A DNA stretch of 64,000 nucleotides. Origin: Paraspadella gotoi. Its lineage: Eukaryota; Animalia; Chaetognatha. The stretch lies in contig CM119265.1 of assembly GCA_051294375.1 (NCBI GenBank), positions 3,851,025 through 3,915,024 of the forward strand, given 5' to 3'. The notes under the pieces are model-generated. The model saw only the letters and a program-made list of their open reading frames with translations. It was not told the origin of the DNA and ran no database searches. Below, in pieces: positions 1 to 12,134 of the stretch; position 1 is the first letter of the stretch, and every line of letters starts with the position of its first letter. Both the position numbers and the translations under genes were made by a program.

Positions 1-658
1 AGTCGCTTCGTCATTAAACATCGTCGAAATTTCGTCCCCAAAGCAGAGGGCGTTCTAAATGAACGCGTTTATGAATAAATGAATGAATAAATGAATTAAT
101 AAATGAATGAGTGGAAGAAGCGACGCCTGGTGAATGGTTCGACGCTGAGGGGATATGGATCGTCGTTGTCGTCGTCGTCGTCGTCCTAACGCAGCCACGC
201 CCCTTTTCCAGTCGTCACCCTTTTGTTTTCTCTTCGTCGTCATCGTCGTCGTCGCTGTCTTTTGTCTCAGCAGCGCCTCTAGCGGCGTCTGTGTCGATGG
301 AGGTGGCGTTCGTTTTCTCTTTTGTAATTCTCAAATGGACGAAGACAACGAAGACGACGATGAAGACGACGATGAAGAATTTAAGGAAATAAATAATTTC
401 TTAGTATTTCCGGAAAAATGATTTAAATTATATAATATGTACTAATAAACTAAAGTTAACATGAAAAAAACTCATGGTGACTCGTAAATGATTTTAACCC
501 TTTTTTTTTCATGATGATGCTTTTTTTTTGTTAAATGAGTTGATAACGACGACGATGACGACGACGACGACAACGACGACGTCTTCATCCCGCCGACGCG
601 AGGGGCGTCGAAGTCGCGTCACGTGACTTTGGTGCCTTTTGTTCCGAGAAGCATTCAC

Positions 659-775
<117 letters not shown>

Positions 776-839
776 TAACTTAAAGTTGGTTTATGATTTT
801 TCTGGAGTCAATTTAGTCGCACGCGTCATTTGCGTCGTC

Positions 840-941
840 TTTGACGTCATTTACGTGGCGTTTGACGTCATTTACATGGCGTTTGACGTCATTTACGTGG
901 CGTTTGACGTCATTTACGTGGCGTTTGACGTCATTTACGTG
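840..941. repeat. 21-bp minisatellite, each unit containing a CRE palindrome (TGACGTCA)
   Basis: Unit tttgacgtcatttacgtggcg. TGACGTCA occurs at 842, 863, 884, 905 and 926, with a noisy copy at ~2140-2245. Confidence 0.9.
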
Positions 942-2654
942 TCTTTTTAAGTTATTTAGGTGGCGTTTGATGTCATTTAGTTGGCGTTATATCATTAAAT
1001 TTTAATCGTCCTCGACTTTATCTTTCACTATTTACCCTCACATTATGAAGCACATTTTCTCTTTTATCAATTNNNNNNNNNNNNNNNNNNNNNNNNNGCT
1101 AAAATTGCCTTGTGTTCCGGAGTGAATTCATATAAAAATAAAATATTATAAAAATTAATTACATAGGGTATAAGCATATTAGAATTTTTTGCCCATTGAA
1201 AGTATTCTTAAAATGTTAAATATTCGTTTGAGATGTACTTTCACTTCTAAATTTTTGACCACCCATTGAGTGCGCTACCCCTTATTATGAATAAATGAAT
1301 GATAAATGAATTAATAAATGAATGAGTGAAGAAGCGACGCCTGGTGAAGGTTCGACGCTGGAGGGGAATGGATCGTTGCGTTGGTCGTCGCGTCGGTCGG
1401 TTCCCTTTAACGCAGACCTAAACGCACCTCATATTCCAGTCTTGCACCTCTTTGTTTTCTCTCTAGTTCGTCACATCGTCTCGCTCCGTCTCTTGGTCTT
1501 CTTTGCTCGAGAGACAGCGCTCATCTAGCGCGTCTGATGTACGGAATGGGGTGGCGGTTCGTTTTCTCTTTGTAATTCTCAAATGGACGAAGACAACGAA
1601 AGACGACGATGAAGACGACGATGAAGAATTAAAGGAAATTAAATAATCTTAGTATTCCGGAAAAAAAAAAATGATTTAATTATATAATATGCTACTAATA
1701 AACTAAAGTTAACATGAAAAAAACTCATGGTGACTCGGTAAAATGATTTTAACCCTTTTTTTCAATGATGATCTTATTTTTTTGATTAAATGAGTTATAA
1801 CGACGACGAATGACGACGACGACGGACAACGACGATCGTCTTCATCCCGCCAGCGTCGAAGTCGCCGTCACGTGACTTTGGTGCGTTTTTGTTCCGAGAA
1901 GCATTCCGTAAGGAAGAAGGGAGAGGAACGGAGAAAGAGAGAAGAGAGAGCAGAGAAGCAGAAAAACGAGAGAAGACCGGGAGAAAAAACCCGCATAACA
2001 GACAACAAGAGAAATGAGGACGAGCCAGAGACAATGAGAGGAGAAGTGAGAGAGACGAAGAGAGGGAAAAATTAACTTAAAGGTTGTTTATGATTTTCTT
2101 GGAGTCCATTTAGTCGCAACGCGTCATTTGCGTCGTCTCTTGACGTCATTTACGTTGGCGTTCTGACGTCAATTTACATGGCGTTTGTGGACGGTCATTA
2201 TCGGGTGGACGTCTGACGTCGTTTAGGCGTTACGCATTTTACGTGTCTTTTAAGTTTATTTTGGCTGCGTTTTGATGTCATTTAGTTGGCGTTATATATT
2301 AAATTTTAATCTCTCGACTTTATCTTTCACTATTTACCGCCTTCACCATTATGAAGCACATTTTCCTACTTTATTCAATTTCTAAGTTGCCCTTTTCAAT
2401 TTTTTTGAACTTTTATCAAACCTAAATATACTATGTAATAATCATTGTAGTGAAGCTATTTAATGTAGTAGACAGAACATATTTGTCTTTTTCTCAGCAA
2501 GCTCACAACTGTCCAACTCAATTTCGCCATATTCCTGATCCATGAAAACTTTTCCTTTATTTTAAAATGGAGGAAAGGGTGAGTTTATGGAAATTGTTCC
2601 GTTTCGTCGCACGCGAAGGTCCTTCCTCCCTCGCCCCCCCCTCACCCCTCCCCC

Positions 2655-2750
2655 GACGCAGTCAGAGTTAAGGTGTCGGTCCCAAGACGCGAGGTCTCCT
2701 CCTTACGAGAAGGTTTCAGGGTTCGGGGGTTCGAGTCTCCTCCCCTTTTT
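2655..2750 (+). pseudogene. Degenerate tRNA-like sequence (Leu-CAA-like) or SINE head
   Basis: T-arm GGGGG-TTCGAGT-CTCCT with B-box, a CAA anticodon-like loop, a long variable region and a TTTTT after it. No acceptor stem. Confidence 0.35.
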
Positions 2751-2955
2751 CGGGTCCAGACTCTGTTATCTCACTCAGGGACTTCTTCATTTCTCTTCCC
2801 CCTTTATTCTCTACCCCCGCCACCACTCCACCCCGCCAGCTATGTCTCTTATCCCACCCTACGGTCAAGTCCGGTCGCGTCCCTCGAGTCCAAGGATCAG
2901 TTTCGGTTTCCATAGCAACGATAGACGACGGGACAAAAGATTTCGTCATAATGAA

Positions 2956-3120
2956 TTTTTAGCCGGATTTGCTTATCAGCAGATTCCAGCTCTATAATTC
3001 ATTTTGTCGGTCTGTCGGTCGCCCCCCCTAATCTTGTCGGTAAATCACTTATATCATGTCAGAACATCCATTATGATAAATTATGCAAAAAAAGATGTCC
3101 GTCCGTCCGTATGTCTGAGT
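2956..3120 (+). mobile_element. Helentron-associated non-autonomous repeat (HINE/DINE-1-like), partial
   Basis: Poly-T start, subterminal palindrome (GGATYTGCT-TATC-AGCAGATYCC) and (GTCY)n microsatellite. Other copies on the minus strand at ~9550-9998, ~10790-11232 and ~40150-40230. Confidence 0.65.
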
Positions 3121-4392
3121 GGAAATGTGTTATTTTTCGTTGTACTGATTGTCTTTCTCAAAACATATCGAACTCATATATCCTCGAATCAAATAATTAC
3201 ACATCCGCAAGTAAATAAATCAAATTCACACGCTCACCAAAACAATTTGGCCCTCAATTGAGCTCACATCTCAAGCTTCGGATTATATCTAGTTTCGTTC
3301 TAAGCCTTAATTAATATTATTTAGTCTGTAACTATTTTTTAAACGACTGTGAAAAGATCCGTGTGCTTAAATCAGGCGCCTTTTTTAAAACTTGACAATC
3401 GTAAGTTCTGTTGTGTCGAAAGGATCAGGCGCGTCTTCTCCCTAAATCTCGCCAGGCGAATGTCAGGTGCGCGCGAAGGTGATTCGTCGGGGCGCGGGGT
3501 CGCACGTGAGACTCACGGTCCAATTCACTCGTCCGATTTAATTGCGTCGTAAAAAAGGAGGAAGGAGGAAAGGAAAGGAGAAAAAAGGGAGAAAAAAGGA
3601 GAAAAAAAGGAAGAAAAAAGGAGAATAATCTATTTTTTATTAACTCGACGCTTTCGTCCTATTTTTTTTTCTTTTTACTCTTCAGGTATTTTCTTTCTTA
3701 AATTTTAAATTCTCGCTTCTCGACATTTTGACTTAAGTTTTNNNNNNNNNNNNNNNNNNNNNNNNNNNNNNNNNNNNNNNNNNNNNNNNNNNNNNNNNNN
3801 NNNNNNNNNNNNNNNNNNNNNNNNNNNNNNNNNNNNNNNNNNNNNNNNNNNNNNNNNNNNNNNNNNNNNNNNNNNNNNNNNNNNNNNATTCTCCATCCCT
3901 AACAGCTCTGAACTTTTTGAGTCCTTCACACCATAGTCTCACACCATCTCCATCCATCCTAGCTCCGTCGCATGCACGTCCCTTACCGTCACACCATCAC
4001 ACGCACTTCTCCATCCGTCACACCTCCGTCGCACGCACTTCCCCGTCCGTCACACATACGTCCCTTCGTTTTAACGTCCGGCGACCAAAACAGATTTTCG
4101 GACGCGGAATTTCTTTTCCGGCGCCGACGGCAAATAAGGGGGGGAGGGTGGAGGATTAATGGGAAGGGAGGGAGTGAAGGAGGAGAGGTGGAGGAGGAAG
4201 GGAGGAAAGGGAAGAAAGGGAATAAGAGGAAGAGGAGAGAAAAGAAAGGTAGAAAAGAAAAGAAAAGAAAAGAGGAGAAAAGAAAAGAAAAGAAAAGAAA
4301 AGAAAAGTGGAGAAAAGAAAAGAAAAGAAAAGAAAAGAAAAATATAAAAAAGAAAAGAAAAGAAAAGAAAAGAAAAGAAAAGAAAAGAAAAG

Positions 4393-4424
<32 letters not shown>

Positions 4425-5210
4425 GTTGACTGAAAATCCTTAATGTGAAAAAAATATTTAAACTCAAGAGTAGGTAAAGAAAGATACTCTTCCTTCAGGT
4501 CAAGCCAGTTGGGTTTAAGGGAAAGTTGAAGCTTGGACTTTATGAGCCGGTTTAAAGGGTCCACCGTTAGAAGGGCGGTTTTTTAAGGGGCGGGCTGATG
4601 GACTCGAAAATGGCGCAAACTGGGAAATAATCATGCAAATTTTTTGAACGCAAATCGATTCGTACGTTAAGTTTTTTTAGTTTACCGGAAGTAAAACAGT
4701 TTTAAAATATAACGCTCATAACGTGTATATATATATATATATATTGGGAATGGTCTTAAATTAAAGCTTTCAGTTTACTGATATCAATATACATATAGAT
4801 GTTTGAATTGAGTCTTTATTTTGCAAAGTTAGTACAAAAGTTATGAAATTTAATCAAAAATTACCTTGCCAACTTCAAACGCAATTTAACCTCAACGAGA
4901 TTCTTCTACTGACAGTAAAGTTTCAGATTTTTATCATTCCAGAGATGGGATATTTCCATTTTCTTTTTCCTCCAATCAAATGAACCGTGGTTAATTTAAA
5001 AGCAAGTTTTTTCTTACAAAACAGTAAAATTTTGTTTTATTATTTTTTTATGTGGCATATTATGATTTTCGTATGTGAATGAACGTTTAATATTTCATTA
5101 TATTATAAATATTTAAAATTATTTTTTCCCTGTTGAAGTAATTTTTCGGCTAAAACACTATAACATCACCATTAACCATTCCTCCCTAGTCAAGACTAAA
5201 TTATCCAAAT

Positions 5211-5323
<113 letters not shown>

Positions 5324-6454
5324 CGCAGACAAAATCGTCGACCCTTTCACCCTCGGCACCCCCGGGGTGGCATTACCTCCGCCCCCTGTGTCAGTCCCTG
5401 GGGGTGGCGACTCGAAAACGCGGACACGGGTCAACCACCCCTGGGGTGACATTAAGGGGGCCGCTGACGGAAGAGGCAAAAAGGAAGGGGGAGTTAGTCT
5501 GACCCTTGGCTTGAGACAGGGTTGGGCTGAAGATGATGGTTGGAAAGGTGCGGTTGTTAGAGCTAAAGTGAGTTCAGTCGAGCAAAAGTATTGACCTAAT
5601 TTATAAATGATGATTTACATGACTCTACTTTTAAATTAACGTTTTAGTTTATTAAAACGATACTTACATACTTATTAAATTGGTACGACTGATAAAAGAT
5701 AATCCATTCATTCAATAAATAAGTTAGTTAACTTGTCTCCTGAGTTGGGACATTCTTTGCTATCGTAGCAAGGTCCTGCAAAAATAATCATTCAATAAAG
5801 TATAAGCACAGTCACACAGTCAAGTTTAACTTTCAGAACACCTGGCTTCACTATCAATGAAGTGGTGTAATATTTTTATTAACTTTTTCAATTGTATAAA
5901 ATAATTTTATCAAGTAAATAAAAAAAACTTGTGACCCAAAAAAAATTTTATAAACTATTTCTCCTGATTTTATTTTCGTGAATTTTGGTTGAATCCGCCT
6001 CTCACGGATAATGGTCATTATGGAAGTGAAGGGGCCAGGGGTCCTGCTGGGTGAATCGTGCCTTTGCGGCTAAGGGCTGCCCTCAGGGTGCGAGTTCATT
6101 AGTATGGGGTCATCCCGACGAACCTGGGGTCTTGAATGAGGCAGAGAGGAAAATTAAATCCAAAGGTGAAATTGGGGTTTAGTGGGTGAGGATCGAGGAG
6201 GGAAGGGTAAGTTAGAGATGGAGACGAAGATGGAGTAAGACGTGAGCGAGACAGAGATGGAGTCAACGACGTCGACGAGGAAGGGTCAACGAGAAGCCGA
6301 TCGGGGGGGGGGCGGAGTCGAAACCGAGGTCGCCATGCGGAACGAGGCGAGGTTATTTAAGATTGGGACGCTGTTGCTAAGGTGGCGAGGAACGGTTGCT
6401 AAGATGTTAGGGCGGACAGGTCCGATCTCGAGAGATGGACAGAGAGAATATAGG

Positions 6455-6541
<87 letters not shown>

Positions 6542-6914
6542 ATTGAAAAGAATGAAACTCGATATAAAAAAACAACAAAACGACAATAACAAAAAAAAAT
6601 ACAGCAACAACAAAAACAACAACAACAACAACAAAATAATCCCCCAAAAAACAGAAAGTCTGCGATGAACAGAACAGGTGTCGTGCGGCAAAAAGGGAGA
6701 TGCCAGGTCAGATATCGGTTGACTCTTGACTTCACCGACGTCGGTGACCTCCCCGCATTTTTGTGACCTTTTAGGCGACCTCTCTGTGACCTAACTTATC
6801 CTTATACTTTACTGACACCTTTGATCCATATATCATGTCCCGCTGACCATTTTCGTATTTAGGTTGAGGTCAAAACTTAAAGAAGAAATTGTGGCGAATC
6901 CTAAATTCGCCTCC

Positions 6915-7140
6915 CGTATAGCTTGGTGAAAGTCAGCTCGTCCCATTGGCTTGGACAGCTCACCAACCGTGAGTTCCGGGTTCAATCTCCTCACGGTCAC
7001 GCTGGTTAAAGTGTGATGGTGTCAGCATAAACTCGCCAGTGACATGGGGTGGTCACTGTTGGTCCAAAGCTCTGAGCGCCAGCTCTCGGGAGATTCCTCA
7101 CACCCCAGGCATCACACATGTCCTTCCGTTGCCATAAAAT
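6915..7140 (+). mobile_element. tRNA-headed SINE-like element with a twister-like 3' module
   Basis: A-box-like TAGCTTGGTG and B-box GGTTCAATC. The 3' module and GTTGCCATAA end are shared with 25556-25658. Confidence 0.55.
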
Positions 7141-7549
7141 ACGTTAAAATCTTAGGTCACCTTTCGATCTCGAAGCCAAGAATCGTCGTTGTTTTCTTTA
7201 TTTTTGAACAAGAATAAAGCTTCTGAGCGACGATTACTACAACAAAAATTTTGAAATGACTCGAAATGATCATATTGTGTGATAACTTATAGTGATTAAA
7301 TTTAATCTAGTAATTGGTTCTAAAGATTATTTCGAGTGGATTAACTTATAGTGATTATTTCTAGCGTTCATATCTAAACTAGTGATAATTCTTAAAGATA
7401 ATTTCGAGTGATTATTTCGAGTGATTATTTCGAGTGATTACCTCTGGTGATAACGTCCGCCGTCCTGTGACTAAGAGTGAGAATCTTTTTCGCGAGGATT
7501 CTAAAATTAGAACGGATCGCGGAGGAAAGAAGTTGATTTTCGCGACGTC

Positions 7550-7633
<84 letters not shown>

Positions 7634-8253
7634 TTTTCTCCATTAATGACGCCAAAGAAAAATAAAAGTAAATTTCATTTCAGTCATTGAATTTACTTTG
7701 TACTAATAAGTCATCCCTTCCTGACAGTTATGCTGGACAAATACATATAAAATATGATTCGGCTAGAATGATACAGTAAAATATAGTATAAAAGTTAAAA
7801 TTTGGACTAGATACCTTGTTTCTCTGATTTTTTAAACTATAAGCTATAAATGAGTAATGAATGAGTAATGAATGTCTTTAGATGAAAAGTTTTTCTTTAG
7901 ATTAAAACCTTTTAAAATTTAGGTATTATACAATATATTAAAAATTGAGATAGTCCTGCTTTGCCAAAATTTTTATTTAATAAAGAATTGTACTATGTAG
8001 TTCAAATCCTTAGATCTCCGATGATAAAAAAAATATTTTTTTGCCTAACTTTTGAAAGAAAAAAGATAGAAAGGTTGGTGTGGTTTCACAATAAAGCCCT
8101 AATTATGGGGCACCTTTTTAAAATATTTTTTATAAATTTTATCCAGAAATGTTTAGATAGGATTTGTTTAAAACCTAGTAAAAAGTATTATTTATGGAGA
8201 CAGTACCTTAGGTCTACGAGTACCAAACAACAACTATAGCTAAAAGATTATTA

Positions 8254-8337
<84 letters not shown>

Positions 8338-8878
8338 ATTTTTTCTTTTTTAATCCTTTTCCTTTCTTTTTCCTTCCCCTTTTCATTCCTTTTTGTCGTT
8401 TCACCATTGCTAATTTTTTACCTCTCCTTTTCTTTCTATCTTCCTCTCCTTTCTTAATTTCCTTTGTCCCTTTTCCTCTTTATCTTCCTCTCCATTACTC
8501 CCTTCCTCTCTTCCCTTTACTTTCTTTCTTTCTCTCCTTACCATCCTTCCTTCCCTTCCCTTTTTATCTTTTCTCCTTTCCTCCCTTTATCCCTTCTTTT
8601 TTCTCCCTATCTTCCTCTCTTTTTCTCCCTTCTTTTTCCTCCCTATCTTCCTCTTTTTTCCTCCCTCTCCTTTCTTCCCTTCTTTTTCCTCTCAACTTCC
8701 TCTCTTTTCCTCCCTGTCTTCTTTTTTCTCCCTTCCTCCCCCTCCTTTCCTCCCTTCTTCCCCTGAAAATCCCCCGGTGGACGCCTCTTCGTCACGGCGC
8801 TGCATCTCAAGGTCGCTAATCCTCTGTTTTCCGAGAGAGCGAGAGAGAGAGNNNNNNNNNNNNNNNNNNNNNNNNNAG

Positions 8879-8939
<61 letters not shown>

Positions 8940-10789
8940 AGGAGAGAAGAAGAGAAAGAGAGAGAGATTAAGATAGAAAAAGAAAGAGGGAGAGAGAGAG
9001 AGTAGCGAGTGAGAGAGAGAGACGTTAAAATAGCTGATGGAATAGGAGAGAAGCAAAAACAAGTCTTTGAGCAAACAATGTCGGGATCTGCCCACGATCA
9101 ATTCTGGGAATTAATTAATTAATTATTACAAACTATTATAGACTAAAATAATAATTTAATTAATGAATTAATTGAATTTGTGATCCGAAATGTTTGTTAG
9201 GTCTTTTTCGTCACTGACAAAAGCAACACGACGACCGATGACAATATTTTGCCGATAACGATTGACTTTATTGATTGATGTCAAATAATTAATTAAAAGA
9301 CAAATAAAATTGATTTGATGAATGATTAATAAATATAAAATAACCTTGATTGATTGAATAATTAATTTGAATGATTAATCAATTTATTGATTAAGTAAAT
9401 TTGACTTATGATTTAACTGATGGATAAATTAATACATCTTTTCATTTAAAAAATTTAACATAAAAGAAAAAAAGCATAATCAATTAGTGAAACAATTTTT
9501 GTTTTTTTCATTTAAAATCTCATTTCCACTCAAACAATTTCGATCAAAACTTTGGTTTCCAGCTTAATTCCACACACTTTCTACTCACATTACAAAATCA
9601 AGTCAAATCGCCTCATTTACTCATATTGGCGTTCAAATAGTGAAATTTATTTTTATTTTTTTTCCATTTAAACTGATTTCTACTCGCACGATTCCATCCG
9701 TAACTTTCCATATCTAGCTGATCACCACCTTTCTCTTTCCACACAAAAATTTCATTCCAATCATGCCAACCTATTTCACGAGTAATTTGAGTTTTTGCTA
9801 AGGTGGGATGGACGGGCAGGTTCGGACGGACAGCCAGACGGACGGACATCATTTTTTTTGCATAATTTATCAAATCTATTCTCTGATATGATATTAAAGT
9901 GAAGATGCCTGACAAGATTGAATGTGGGCGGACCGACGGACCGACAAAGTGCAATTATAGAGTCGGGATCTGATAGATAAACAGGATCCGACTAAAAAAG
10001 GTGAGCGACATAAAACGTAGATAATATTTTTTTATATATATCTTTATCCTTTTCTTTACTACTTTCACTATACTATATTTTACCTAATTAGATACGCTAT
10101 ATGATTAATAATAAACTAATTACCTTGTGCTCGAATCGTTATTCTAGTATTGAGCAATACTAGAAAAACTACGTTGTTATAATCTATATGTTATATTATT
10201 ACTCTCTCTCTCCTTCGAGAAAAAGAGAGAGAGAGAGATAGAAAAAGAAAGAGGGAGAGAGAGAGAGTGAGAGAGAGAGAGAGTTAAATAGCGATCGAGA
10301 TAGGAGAGAAGCAAAAACAAGTTTGAGCAAACAATGTCGGATCTGCCCACGATCAATCTGGGTAATTAATTAATTAATTATTACAAACTATATAGACTAA
10401 AATAATAATTTGATTAATAAATTAATTAATTTGATCCGAAATGTTTGTTTTTAGGTCTTTTCGTCACTGACCACGACAAAAGCAACGACGACGACGATGA
10501 CAATATTGCCGATAACGATTGACTTGATTAAATGATTGAATAATTAATTAAAAGACAAATAAATTGATTGATTGAATAATTAATAAATATAAAAATAAAT
10601 TGATTGATTGAATAATTAATTGAATGATTAATCAATTATTGATTAATTAATTGACTTATTGATTAACTGATTGGATAAATTAATACATCTTTCATTTAAA
10701 TTTAACATAAAAAGAAAAAGAAGCATAATCAATTAGTGAAACAGATTTTTTGTTTTTTTCATTTAAACTCATTTCCACTCAAACGATTC

Positions 10790-11232
10790 GATCAAAACTT
10801 GGTTTCCAGCTTAATCACACACTTTTCTACTCACATACAAAATTTCAAGTCAATCGCCTCATTTACTCATATTTGGCGTTCAAATAGTGAAATTTATTTT
10901 TTATTTTTTTCCATTTAAACTGATTTCTACTCGCACGATTCCATCGTAACTTCATATCCAGCTCGATCACACCTTTCTCTTTCCACACAAAAATTTCATT
11001 CCAATCCATCCAACCTATCACGAGTAATTTGAGTTTTTTGCTAAGGTGGGATGGACGGGCAGTCGGACGGACAGCCAGACGGACGGACATCATTTTTTTG
11101 CATAATTTATCATAATTCGATGTTCTGATATGATATAAGTGAATGCCCGACAAGATTGAGGGGGCGGACCGACGGACCGACAAAGTGAATTATAGAGTCG
11201 GGATCTGCTGATAAGCAGATCCGACTAAAAAA
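10790..11232 (-). mobile_element. HINE/DINE-1-like element, longest copy
   Basis: AGTCGGGATCTGCTGATAAGCAGATCCGACT palindrome followed by an A-run, plus (GGAC)n tracts. Near-duplicate at 9550-9998. Confidence 0.65.
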
Positions 11233-11920
11233 GGTGAGCGAACTAAAACGTAGATAATATTTTTTTAATTCTTTTTTTATTTTTCTTTCAATTTTCTTTT
11301 CACAGTATTTTATTCCTAATTGTCGCTTTGATTTAAAAATTAAACTAAAATTACTTTGTCGAATCGTTATTCTAGTATTGAGCATTACTAGAAAAAACTT
11401 TGTTGTTTATCGATGTTATAAATAATAAAATAGTGAATTTAAAATTTTTATACATGTTAGTAAGTTCACTGTATTTCATAACATTTTATTTTCTTATCCA
11501 CACTTTTAAACTTTCAAATTTTCATACAAGCATACGCAGAAACGAACTCATTCTCTCATTAAGATTAAATACACAAACATTTTACAGTATATTGTAATAT
11601 AATAGCGAAGAATAAAATAACGGATGAAGTAGTGATTATAATAATAACTCTTTGAAAAGCGAAAGTTCTGCAAATAACAACAACATTTTCGATATCAATC
11701 GAAACAAACGCTCAATTATTGCTCTTTTATTTCTATAAAAAAGTATTTTAGTTCACAAGCCAAAGACCGGCATGACATGATATGACATGACATGACGTGA
11801 CATGAATGACATAAAGAATTCACAAAATCCTCATCGTCAAGATTCAGTATCGAATCGGTCGGTCGTTGAATCGAGTATCGACGGACGTCTGTCCCTACCA
11901 TCTCTCTCCTCCTCGTCTCC

Positions 11921-11951
<31 letters not shown>

Positions 11952-12103
11952 GATCTCTCTCTCACATCTCTCTCTCTCTTCATCTCTGCCGTCTCTCTCT
12001 CTCTCTCTCGTTCGCTATCGCAGTCTTATTTCGTTCGAAATGCTCTCGTGACTCACCGTCAAGACGAAGTTGAATACACCTCTCTCTCTCTCACTCCTCC
12101 TCG

Positions 12104-12134
<31 letters not shown>

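Noticed and set aside
2660-2720. Twister-like word GGTCCCAAGAC after TAA
   Set aside because: P4 and P2' do not pair. A degenerate tRNA-like head explains the segment better.
5730-5780. Minus-strand exon-like segment reading GPCYDSKECPNSGDK, reminiscent of the NR5A first zinc finger
   Set aside because: Wrong strand, lacks the second Cys and YHYG, and lies within a diverged MITE copy.
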